A DNA stretch of 25,086 nt. It comes from a bacterium (GTDB lineage Bacteria; Sysuimicrobiota; Sysuimicrobiia; Sysuimicrobiales; Humicultoraceae). The position numbers were made by a program, and so were the translations under genes. Under the pieces are notes generated by a model, which was given only the letters and a program-made list of their open reading frames with translations, searched no databases and was not told the origin of the DNA. Location: the NCBI GenBank assembly GCA_041497675.1, contig JBGQGY010000042.1, positions 1 through 25,086 of the forward strand, read 5' to 3'. Shown one piece after another: positions 8,157 through 17,500 of the stretch; the stretch's first letter is position 1; each line of letters starts with the position of its first letter.

Positions 8157-9566
8157 TTGCGCAGCCACCAGGCGGGCATGGCCCTCCTCGCCGTGCTGGT
8201 CGTCCTGATGATCGTGGCGAGTGTGGCCGCGTCGCTGATCTGGTCGATGGACCAGCAGCAGGCGCGCGCCGGGACTCGTCTGCGGTCGGTCGCCGCGCTA
8301 GCTGCCGCCGAGGCCGGGATGCACCGCGCACTCGCGGCGCTCGAATCGCGAGCGCCGGACAGCGGGGGCCCCGGGCGCGCCTGGCGGCCCGTGGCGTACA
8401 GCGAAGCGTTTCAGAGCGGGCCGCTGCAGGGTCGCTTCACGCTCACGCTGACCAACGAACCCGGGGGCGCCGTCTCGATCACCAGCGTCGGTGAGATCGC
8501 CGGCGTCACGCGGCGAGTGCGGGCGCGGGTGTATCTGGCGTCGCCGTCGATGCTGGCCGCCTTGTACGGCGCCGGTCTGCTGCGCCTCGAGAAGGCCCCC
8601 GCCCAGATGGTCATCACGGCGTACGGGCCGATCGCCGCCACGCAACCGTGGGTGCACATGGCGGCCGGCGGTGGCATCCTCTTTGGGACGACCGAAGCCG
8701 CGATCAACGATCCGGCCGCGCGATACGTCGCCGGACCAGGACCGGTGGATGCCCCCGGGCTCGTGGGTTCGCTCTCAGCCCAGACCGAACCGGCGCGGCT
8801 GGTGCTGCCGCGCGGCGTGGATCTCACCACCGGCTCCGAACAGCGCAGGGTCGGCGCTCAGGACCTCCGGGTCATGGGTGTGCGGATCGATCCCGCCGTG
8901 GTGTGGACGGACGCCTTCCCGCAGGCGCCCGAGATCGATCGGGGCTTCATGCGGGCGCTGGCCGCGGGTCACGCGGGCAACGCGGCGCTCAACGAGGCCG
9001 CCGGCAAGCATGTCGGTGACGACGCGCTGACCGTGAAGCGTGACAGCCTCTACACCGAGGCGCAGTTCGCGCAACTGCAGACGTATCTGCAGACGCGGCC
9101 CCGCGCGGCCACCTTGCGGGGCGTCGTCTACGTCACGGGGCCCGTTGCCCTGGCAGAAAACCAGCGCATTACGATCGTCGACGGTGCGCTCGTCACCGAA
9201 GGCACCGTGCGGCTGCGGTGGGGCGCTTCACTCGAGATCGTCCACTCCGCGGCATCCCGGGCGCTGCCTGGTCTCGTGGCGCTGCAGCAGGGCGTGGCCG
9301 GTCAGGGGGCGCTCATCGTGGCGCAGTCGGCGCGGCTCCGCGTGCACGGCCTCGTCCACACCGATGGTCCCATCGACGTCTGGGAAGGCGCGCGCATCGA
9401 TGTGGTCGGTGCGATGGCGAGCACCAGCCCCGACCTCAGCTTCCGCAACTTGGGGGCGTCAGTGGTGATCCGCTATGATCCCGCGGTGCTGGGCACACCC
9501 GGGCTGATGGTGAGCGAGGACAGCCCGGTGATCGCCTGGGTCGCGTCCTGGGAGGAGCTCCCCTAG
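8157..9566 (+). CDS. PilX-like (type IV minor pilin N-terminus) protein with a repetitive beta-rich C-terminal domain
   Basis: QAG|MALLAVLVVL prepilin-like start without Glu+5, AALAAAEAG (PilX-N-like), ITSVGEI..VTRRV. C-terminal GVVYVTG / GALVTEG / GLVHTDG repeats ending in IRYDP. Confidence 0.65.
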   Translation: MRSHQAGMALLAVLVVLMIVASVAASLIWSMDQQQARAGTRLRSVAALAAAEAGMHRALAALESRAPDSGGPGRAWRPVAYSEAFQSGPLQGRFTLTLTNEPGGAVSITSVGEIAGVTRRVRARVYLASPSMLAALYGAGLLRLEKAPAQMVITAYGPIAATQPWVHMAAGGGILFGTTEAAINDPAARYVAGPGPVDAPGLVGSLSAQTEPARLVLPRGVDLTTGSEQRRVGAQDLRVMGVRIDPAVVWTDAFPQAPEIDRGFMRALAAGHAGNAALNEAAGKHVGDDALTVKRDSLYTEAQFAQLQTYLQTRPRAATLRGVVYVTGPVALAENQRITIVDGALVTEGTVRLRWGASLEIVHSAASRALPGLVALQQGVAGQGALIVAQSARLRVHGLVHTDGPIDVWEGARIDVVGAMASTSPDLSFRNLGASVVIRYDPAVLGTPGLMVSEDSPVIAWVASWEELP

Positions 9567-10174
9567 TCCCGGCACTCGACGTTCGCCCATCCCGACTTGA
9601 AGTCCACAACAACCGCGGCGTCGGGATCGAACCGGTGCCGCACGATGCAGCCCAAATCATTCCCCAGCAGATGGATAGAGATCGATGCTTCTGGCGAGAT
9701 CGTCCTGACGCGATGGATGTCGCCGGCGGGCGGTAACAGCGTATAGCAGTCACCCGGCACGAGCCGGCGGCGTTCCACGAGCTCGAGCTGCGCGCGGCCC
9801 GGTGTCCGACCGTCGTCGGCGCGCCGGTACACGTCCTCTTCCTGCCGTCCGCGGTACAGACCCACGAGTCCCCACGCCAGGTGATCGTGGACCGGTGAGG
9901 CGACCCCTGCGGGAAAGACGGCGGCGTGCAACGTGACCGAGCGGTCGCCGCGGCGAAAGAGCAGATATTGCGCGATGCCCCCACCCATCCCACTGTTGGG
10001 GTTCGGCTGTGTGAAGGGCTCGGGAAGCCAGCCGTCGGCCGCCAGCAGGCCGGCGAACGCGGGCTGGAGGGAGTCAACCAATCGGTCGCGTCGTGTCTCC
10101 GCGGCCGCCATCGTCACCACACGTTCAACGAACGTGCGGACCACAGGTGCGTCGACAAAATACTCGTCGTCCAT
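9563..10174 (-). CDS. Cysteine/thiol dioxygenase-like cupin
   Basis: SPVHDHLAWGLVGLYRG and GDIHRV supply a 3-His metal site; SISIHLLG follows. GGAG lies upstream of the ATG. Confidence 0.82.
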   Translation of the reverse strand: MDDEYFVDAPVVRTFVERVVTMAAAETRRDRLVDSLQPAFAGLLAADGWLPEPFTQPNPNSGMGGGIAQYLLFRRGDRSVTLHAAVFPAGVASPVHDHLAWGLVGLYRGRQEEDVYRRADDGRTPGRAQLELVERRRLVPGDCYTLLPPAGDIHRVRTISPEASISIHLLGNDLGCIVRHRFDPDAAVVVDFKSGWANVECRD

Positions 10175-10276
10175 CGGGCACGGTCTCCCTATGCAGGCGT
10201 CACTAGCAGTGTACTCCCCGCCAGGGCAGGCATCCTCCCAAGGATGAGGCCGGGCCGGGTGAGGAACTGCGGGACA

Positions 10277-10900
10277 TCAGGGGACGAGCGTTGTCATCGT
10301 CCACCCCGACGGGTTCTTCTGGAATCGCCGCCGCTGGTGGAGCCGATCTTCGGGAGACCCGTGCCACGTCTCCACCTCGTCGGCGACGAGGTACACGCCT
10401 TGGAGGGTCTCGGGCAGCGGCACGTCCTCGGGCCGCGGATAGCGGCGGGTCAGCTCCGCGATGCCCTCCATGAGATCGGCGTGTGATGCGATCGGATGGC
10501 TCTGGGGAAGAACGGCGCTGTAGTAGCACTCCAGCAGCCGAGACCCGTGGCTCTTCTGGCTCCAGTAGCGCTCGATGCGCTCCTGATCCATCCGCGCCGG
10601 ATGGCCCCAGATGCGGTATTGCCGGCGCACCCTCGGCCAGTGGATCAACAGCGTCGCGCGTCCCGCTTGGGACAGTTGCGCCCACTTAGGGCTGGTCCGA
10701 TTGATGAGCAATCCAAAACCCTCACCGCTGATATCACGCAGCGACAAGGCCCGCACCTCCGGCCGCCCCTCCGCCGACACCGTCGCCAGGTAGCAGACGT
10801 CGACCAACGGTTCGCCGGCCAGCCGGGCCAGATCACGCATGTCGCGGATCTCCCGGATCGGATCGGCCACCGTGCCGGGCGCGCTCTCCGCCGCCGTCAC
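10277..10900 (-). CDS. Pyridoxamine 5'-phosphate oxidase (PdxH/PhzG)-like flavoprotein, divergent
   Basis: C-terminal part of ORF 10277..11539: YLATVSAEGRPEVR, NRTSPK, RQYRIWG, VETWHGSPEDRLHQRRRF, GWTMTTLVP. The start is GTG 10900 (GTGA overlap with the upstream stop) or GTG 10870. Confidence 0.8.
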   Translation of the reverse strand: MTAAESAPGTVADPIREIRDMRDLARLAGEPLVDVCYLATVSAEGRPEVRALSLRDISGEGFGLLINRTSPKWAQLSQAGRATLLIHWPRVRRQYRIWGHPARMDQERIERYWSQKSHGSRLLECYYSAVLPQSHPIASHADLMEGIAELTRRYPRPEDVPLPETLQGVYLVADEVETWHGSPEDRLHQRRRFQKNPSGWTMTTLVP

Positions 10901-12426
10901 AGCGGCACCCCGACGCCGGTAGCGGTCGCGTCGACGGGCCCGCGCTTCAGCGTCTCGCGGACGATCCGCCCGAGGATCTCGACGCCGCGGCGGATCTCGT
11001 CCGGTGATGGCCACCCATAACACAGCCGGAAGCAATTGAGGTAGCGACCGTCGATATCGTGCGCGGGACCCGGGTAGATCGTGACGCCCTGTTCCAAGGC
11101 GCGGAGATACACTTGAATCGCCGAGGAGCCCGACGGCAGCTGCACCCAGAGCGAAAACCCGCCATCGGGCACCGTGAAGGTGACGCCGTCGGGCATCGAC
11201 GACCGCAACGCATCGCGGGCGGCGTCCCGGCGCTGGCGATAGTGCGCCCGCATCGTCTCGAGATGGCCCGGGTACGTGTTCTCGAGCAGGTCGGCCATGA
11301 TGGCCTGCGTCATTGGCGAACCCCCCAGATCCATCCAGCGGCGGATCAGGGCCAGATCTTCGATCAAGGGCCGGTCCGCTGCGAGAAACCCGATCCGCAG
11401 CCCCGGCATGAACGTCTTGGAGAACGATCCAACGAGCATCCGCCGCGCGGGCGGCAGTTGCACATAGAGGCTGGGCGTTTCTTTGCCCGCAAATCGCAGG
11501 TCCCGAAAGATATCGTCGACGACCACGACCGCGTCCCACCGGGTCGCCGTCTCGACCAGCGCGGCCCGTCCGTCAGCACTCAGGCACTGGCCGGTGGGAT
11601 TGTGAAACTCTGGACAGCAGTAGACGACCGAGGGTCTCGCGCGCACAGCGCGGGTCAGCCGATCGGAACGGAGTTGCGGCCCATCCCAGGGGACCGTTTC
11701 CAACATGGTACCGGTCTGCATGAAGAGCCGCGGCGTGCCGATGTAGGTCGGCGTCTCGACGACGGCGGTGCGCTGTTCGTTGAGCGCCCACGTGGCGATG
11801 AGACCGATGGCCTGTTGCGAGCCGTTCGTGATGAGGATCTGATCGGGTGCCAGGTCGTAGCCGCGCGTCGACAGCCATTTCGACAAGCGCTCGCGGAGTT
11901 GCGGCAACCCGTTGTGGTGATAGCGGTACAACGCCTCTCGATGGTGCCGGATGGCGCGGATGGCCGCGCGCTCGAGCAGGCTCGGCGGGATCGTCGTTTC
12001 CGGCGGCACGCCCGCCCAGAGATTGATAAAGGGTTTTGGCGGGTCGACCCTGAGGAGCTGCACGACCCCAGAGACGTGGGTATCGCGCAGCCTCCGAACG
12101 AGGCCGACCACTTCGGGTCGCGTGAGTATCGCCTGATCATCGGCGTCGCCGTCCCGTTGAACGGTCTCGCCGTTCTTGAGGGCGCGGGCGGCCACGAAAG
12201 AGCCGCGCCCGACTTGTGAAACGATCAGCTTCTGCCGCTCGAGCTCGCGAAACGCCCGGACCACCGTGGCCTTGTTGACCGACAACCTGTTGGCGAGTTC
12301 GGCTACGGACGGGATGCGATCGCCCGGCTTGAGCCGCCCCGAGGCGACCGCGCTGCTGACGAAGTCCATCATCTGACGATACTTGGGCTTGGGACCTGTG
12401 GTCTTGAGCTTCAGTCTCCAGTCCAC
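10897..12426 (-). CDS. MocR/GabR-family regulator (GntR wHTH + PLP aminotransferase-like domain)
   Basis: LKPGDRIPSVAELANRLSVNKATVVRAFRELE...GRGSFV, ILITNGSQQA, VETPTY, FHNPTG, and GSFSKTFMPGLRIG containing the PLP lysine. GGGAGG precedes the GTG. Confidence 0.93.
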   Translation of the reverse strand: MDWRLKLKTTGPKPKYRQMMDFVSSAVASGRLKPGDRIPSVAELANRLSVNKATVVRAFRELERQKLIVSQVGRGSFVAARALKNGETVQRDGDADDQAILTRPEVVGLVRRLRDTHVSGVVQLLRVDPPKPFINLWAGVPPETTIPPSLLERAAIRAIRHHREALYRYHHNGLPQLRERLSKWLSTRGYDLAPDQILITNGSQQAIGLIATWALNEQRTAVVETPTYIGTPRLFMQTGTMLETVPWDGPQLRSDRLTRAVRARPSVVYCCPEFHNPTGQCLSADGRAALVETATRWDAVVVVDDIFRDLRFAGKETPSLYVQLPPARRMLVGSFSKTFMPGLRIGFLAADRPLIEDLALIRRWMDLGGSPMTQAIMADLLENTYPGHLETMRAHYRQRRDAARDALRSSMPDGVTFTVPDGGFSLWVQLPSGSSAIQVYLRALEQGVTIYPGPAHDIDGRYLNCFRLCYGWPSPDEIRRGVEILGRIVRETLKRGPVDATATGVGVPL

Positions 12427-12462
12427 CGCGAGCGCCTCCCAGTGAGCGTGTTCAATTGTACC

Positions 12463-12492
12463 AATATATATGGATATAAATCAGTACGTCAA
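12463..12492 (-). promoter_or_regulatory. Putative sigma70 promoter of the MocR gene, in an AT-rich patch
   Basis: The minus strand reads TTGACG (12492-12487) - N18 - TATATT (12468-12463), about 36 nt before the GTG start. TACCA repeats flank it at 12459-12463 and 12493-12497. Confidence 0.6.
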
Positions 12493-12648
12493 TACCAGAC
12501 CTGTGGTTCGCCGGCGCGCCGGGGGCACTGCTGGCAGCCTATGTCGTGCCACCGGCGGTAGCGATGGAGAGTCTGGTGATCGGGATTCCTAGAATCGTTC
12601 GCCTCAGGCTGAGGGCGTTCGGGCCTGGGAGACCAAGCAGTCCCGGCG

Positions 12649-14562
12649 TCAGGTGGCGGCTTTCACAAGGGTGCAGCACAGATAGTCGGCCTGACCGGCG
12701 TTGAGCATTTGGAAAGTGCGCGTGCCCTTGGTACCGGCGAACCGCATAAACGGTTGGCGGAGGAACGCAGGGATCTTCTGGGACACAAGCATCTGTCTTC
12801 GTTCGTGCTCACACTCCAGTGCTTTCACAACGCTCCTGGTGATCACATGCTCGTCGAGCAGCAGGAATCTGGAAGACCGAAGGTGCTCGCGCAGCCGGGC
12901 GGTGCCGTCGTTGAACCGTAGATCCGCCAACAACAGCAGCCCTCCAGGTCTCAAGACTCGATAGACCTCAGCGAGGAATCGTTGCACAGAGCCGTAGCAG
13001 TGCGATGACTCGATGTTGAGCACCACGTCGAACTCGTCATCGCCAAATGGCAGCGCTTCGGCGTCACCGTGGGCAAAGGACAGACCTGGCATCGTCCGAT
13101 GGCGTCGACAGTGGACGATGGCTTCGCGCGAGAAGTCGACGCCGACCATAGTTCGCGGCCGCAGGTACCGCGAAATGTATGATGCACCTCCCCCCCGTCC
13201 GCAGCCGACCTCCAGGACGTCTCGACCTCCGAGGTCCACGGAAGCGGCGACGTGATGGTACAGCTGGATCGCGGACCGATCCTTCTCGTCTGCAGGAGCC
13301 AGCGGCAGGCGATGGGCCTGGGGATCCAGGTCGGCGAAACCATAGTTCATGAACGCCCAGTCGACGTCGTCGTCACGCGCCGCGAGGGCCTCGTAGAGCA
13401 TCCTCCAGAGCCACCGGCGCATGAACGGGGAGACGTTACAGAGAAACCCCAGGAGCGTCACCAGCATGCCGTCTTCGGCAACCCATGGCTGTGAGGTAGG
13501 ACTCGGCTGGGTGGCCGACGTTGCCGCCGCCCCAGCGTAGATCACGCTGCCAATCCATCGACCGCAGGCGAGACCCGCACCGCCGCTCGCGGCGCCAAGA
13601 AGGGCGCAGACCGCGAAGCCCCAGACGTCGATACCGGCCGGCAATTGGAGGAGAGACAGCACGACGTGCACCTGGCCGGCGTACAGCAGCCCCGCGAGCA
13701 CACCGCCGCCGAGGGGCATCGTGGCGATGAACCTGGACGTCACCAGAACCGGCGCAACCGCCCCGGCGAAGAACGCCAATTCAAAGGGCCAGCGCGGGAA
13801 ACTGACGGGGTTCACGACATACCCGAAGATGGCGGCTGCTGGAGGCGTCAGGGCGAGATGCAGGACCTGCTGCCCTCCCCAGAAGGCAAAACCGATCGTC
13901 GCCAGACGCTGCAGCTGAGATGGCCCGAGCACCTCCCGCGACACCAACAGAATCGCCGGCATGAGCAGGCTGGCAAATCCGGCGAGCATAAGAGGCGAAG
14001 GGGCAAAAAGGAGGCGCGATGTCACCACGAGGTTAGGGTGAAAGACGAGCATGGCGATCGGAAGGAAGCTAAAGGAGCCCGCAGTCAGCAGCACGCCAAC
14101 GAATACCCGGGTTGCCACGCTTGCCAGGCCGTCTGGGACGACGCCATCGCGTGCGGCGCGGACGAACGCCGTCGCCATTCCCAGCCCTACGATAAGTCCG
14201 CCCAGGACAAATAGCACATGCGGCGGACTCCAAACCGTCCGATCCCCGATCGTGCGATGCCAGAGGATATCGATTAGCGCCGCGCTCAACATCGCCGCAG
14301 CGCCTACAGCGACGACCCGGTGTGCTTGGGGCACGCGCGACCCGGTCATAGCGGGAGCCCTGCGCAGCGCCATGACAACCGCCAGGACAGCGCTCGCCCC
14401 GATCCCAACGTACATCAGGATGTGCGGAGGGATCCACAGCGAGTCGCGTCCGATCCACCAATGCCAGTGCGCATCCCAGGAGCCTGCCCACGCAAGACAC
14501 ACCGTGAACGCGACGAACAGTCCGGCCAGGACGAGCCGCTCGGCCACGCCCCCGCGCGTCAC
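12649..14562 (-). CDS. Fusion protein: polytopic membrane domain with two D-x3-H-x12-H motifs plus a class I SAM methyltransferase (phthiotriol-dimycocerosate MTase/Rv2952-like)
   Basis: WDAHWHWWIGRDSLWIPPH and IDILWHRTIGDRTVWSPPH lie in a hydrophobic N-domain, followed by an S/T/Q/P linker. The C-domain has AFMNYGF, IQLYHHVA, VLEVGCGRGGGASY, GDAEALPF, NIESSHCY and VLRPGG. GGAGG precedes GTG 14562; TTG 14589 is an alternative start. Confidence 0.8.
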   Translation of the reverse strand: MTRGGVAERLVLAGLFVAFTVCLAWAGSWDAHWHWWIGRDSLWIPPHILMYVGIGASAVLAVVMALRRAPAMTGSRVPQAHRVVAVGAAAMLSAALIDILWHRTIGDRTVWSPPHVLFVLGGLIVGLGMATAFVRAARDGVVPDGLASVATRVFVGVLLTAGSFSFLPIAMLVFHPNLVVTSRLLFAPSPLMLAGFASLLMPAILLVSREVLGPSQLQRLATIGFAFWGGQQVLHLALTPPAAAIFGYVVNPVSFPRWPFELAFFAGAVAPVLVTSRFIATMPLGGGVLAGLLYAGQVHVVLSLLQLPAGIDVWGFAVCALLGAASGGAGLACGRWIGSVIYAGAAATSATQPSPTSQPWVAEDGMLVTLLGFLCNVSPFMRRWLWRMLYEALAARDDDVDWAFMNYGFADLDPQAHRLPLAPADEKDRSAIQLYHHVAASVDLGGRDVLEVGCGRGGGASYISRYLRPRTMVGVDFSREAIVHCRRHRTMPGLSFAHGDAEALPFGDDEFDVVLNIESSHCYGSVQRFLAEVYRVLRPGGLLLLADLRFNDGTARLREHLRSSRFLLLDEHVITRSVVKALECEHERRQMLVSQKIPAFLRQPFMRFAGTKGTRTFQMLNAGQADYLCCTLVKAAT

Positions 14563-14585
14563 CCTAACCACCTCCCCTGCGGCCC

Positions 14586-17500
14586 TCAAACCGTCTCGCG
14601 GAGCGCGCAGTCGATGGCTTCGCCGAGGCTCATCACGCGGCCCTCCGCCAGTATCACCTTCGCCGCGTTCCCAAGAGCGGCATGTACCGCCGCCAGGCCG
14701 CGGTCGTAGTCGGCACGATCGATGGGCGGGAGAATTGCGCCGAGGGCGTCGCGCTGTTCCTGAGCGGCCCCAAACAGCCGGCCGGCGCGCTCCCAGCGCT
14801 GTTCATCGATGGCCACCGCCCCCAGGGCTTCCAACCCCTCAGCCACACCCAGGGTGTATCCGAATTCGCCCCGAGTGACCAACGCCTCGGCATAGAGCTC
14901 TGCCGCGCGCCGCGGATCGCTTCGATGCTGTGCGACCTTCCCCAAATTCATCAGGCTCGATGCACTGCCCAGTTTATCCCTGACCTCGCTGAACAATGCG
15001 AGAGCCTCCTCATGCAACCTCACGGCCTGATCCAGCGCCCCTCGGTGCCGGGCCAGTACTCCTAGTGCATCGAGCGAGTCGCCAACGCTGCTCTTCTGCC
15101 CGAGCGCTCTGAAGAGCTCAAGCGCCTCCTGAAGCCGTGTATCTGCATGCGCGAGGTCTCCCCGATCGAGAGCCACCATGCCCAATCGTCGGAGGCAAAG
15201 ACCGACTCCAGTCTTCCAGCTAAACTGACGGTAAATCGCCAGACTTTCCTCGATGAGCGTCCGCGCGCGGTCGTAATCGCCTTGTGTCCTCGCCACGCCG
15301 CCCATCCCAAAGAGCGAATAGGCGATACGTTCCTTGTACCCGAGTTCGCGTCCCAAAGCGGCGCACTCCGAGTACAACTCGGTGGCACGCCGATAGTCAC
15401 CGCGCAGCCATGCCGTATCCCCTAGGGCGCCAGCCACGACCGCTAGTCCCCTCTTGTCACCAGCATGGCGCAGCACCACGAGGCTCCGCTCCCATAATGC
15501 CGTCGCCCGCCGGTAATCGGAACCTGACACCGCATGTCCCAGGTAGAATTGGGCCATGCCGATGCCTTGAGGATGACCCACGGCCTTGAACAGTTCGAGA
15601 CCTTCTTCCAGCAACGTCACCGCTCGATCGCTATCGCCCCGCTCCGTGGCGACGACGCCCAGGACAAAGATGGAGCACGCCATTCCCCACTTGTCCCCAA
15701 ACTCCCGACACATGGTGAGACTCTGCCGCGCCAATTCGATGGCCTCCGTGGTCTCTCCATGGAGCCACTGAACGAGCGCCAGGCCATACAGCGCCTTCGC
15801 GCGCGCCGGTGATGATGCAGCGTCTGGACGCGACAGCGCCCGCCTCAGCCACTCCAGCGCTTCATTCCATTGCCCGCGGGTGAACCAAAACCACACCAGG
15901 GCGCCGGCCAGCCGCAACATGACCTCCGTGCTGTGCTCTCCACTATGGCTCCACTCCAGCGCCGCTCGAAGGTTGGCATCCTCCGCCCCGAGGCGTTCCA
16001 GCCACACTCGTTGATTCGGACCTGTGAGAATCTCGGGTTCGGCGCGTTCTGCTAGGGCCATGTACCAATCGCGATGCCGCGTGCGCACGCCTGGCAGTTC
16101 TCCTGACGCCAGGAGCTTCTCGCGACCATACTCACGCACGGTCTCCAGCAGGCGGTAGCGCACCTCTAGCCCATGTTCAGTAACCACGAGCGACCTGTCG
16201 ACCAACCGGGCCAGCAGTTCGATCGCGCCGAGGTCACCGAGTTCATGGCTCCCGCACACGGCCTCCATGGCTTCCAACGTGAACCCACCCGCAAACACCG
16301 CCAGGCGGCACAGCATTATTTGTTCAGCTTCGGAAAGCAATTGATAACTCCATTCCATGACGGCTCGCAGCGTCCGATGTTGGGGCAAGGCTGTTCGGTC
16401 CCCGGCGGTGAGGAGCCGAAAGCGGTCATCGAGTCGGGAGGCGATCTGGTCGACCGCCAGTGTATTCACACGGGCCGCCGCCAGTTCGATCGCCAGCGGC
16501 ATGCCATCCAACCGGCGACAGATCTCGACGACAACAGGCGCGTTGCGGTCCTCAACGCTAAAGCCCGGCAGACGGGACGCGGCCCGTTCTACGAAGAGGC
16601 GCACGGCCTCAAAGTGGACCACCTCGGCTGCCGATACTGGCTGCTCGGGACCGGGGAGGGACAGCGATGGAACGTAATAGACGGTCTCGCCGGCGATGCC
16701 CAGCCCCTCCCGGCTCGTGGCGAGGATGCGCAACTCTGGCGCGGCCCGCAGCAGCCCAGCAGTCAGTCTCGCACAAGACTCCAGAAGATGCTCGCAGTTG
16801 TCCAGCACGAGCAATACCGCACGAGTCCTGAGGAAGTCGGCCAAGGTGTCAAGTAAGGGGCGGCCACCTTCCTCTTCCCGTACGCCCAACGCCGACGCCG
16901 CCGTTTGAGCAAGCAGCACGGGGTCAGAAAGCCTTCCGAGGTCGACAAACCACACTCCGTCGCTGAACCCGTCAAGCACTTCCGCCGCAACGTGCAGGGC
17001 GAGCCGCGTCTTGCCTGCGCCGCCTGCCCCGGTGAGCGTGAGCAGCCGAGTCTTCACCAGCAGCTGCTTGATCTCTGCGATCTCTCGCTCGCGGCCAATG
17101 AAGCTGGTGAGTTGCAGCGGGAGATTGTTGGCAAAATGATCCAGGGATCTCAGCGGCGGGAAGTCGGCGGGGAGATCCGGGTGCAGGAGTTGGTAGACTC
17201 GTTCCGGGCGCTGCAGATCTTTGAAACGGTGGAATCCGAGATCACGGAGTCCAGCGCCAGCCGCCAAGTAGTATTCGACAAGGGCCTGCGTTGTTTGAGA
17301 GAGCAGAACCTGGCCGCCGTGACCGGCGGCGCAAATTCGGGCGGCACGGTGGACGTCGACGCCAACGTAGCTCTCGACGGTACTCACGGGTTCGCCGGAA
17401 TGCAGGCCCATGCGCACGCGGAGTCTCACGCCATCTGGCCAGGCATGAGCATCGATCGCGCGCTGGGCCGCAACAGCCGTCCACAGCGCTTCTTGTGCCC

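Noticed and set aside
1906..9566. Two convergent gene pairs sharing overlapping TAG stops in CTAG (1906-1909 and 9563-9566)
   Set aside because: This is a common compact-genome arrangement with no further supporting signal.
10901..11539. N-terminal extension of ORF 10277..11539
   Set aside because: It is an off-frame overlap with the MocR gene. The oxidase motifs begin only after about 10870.
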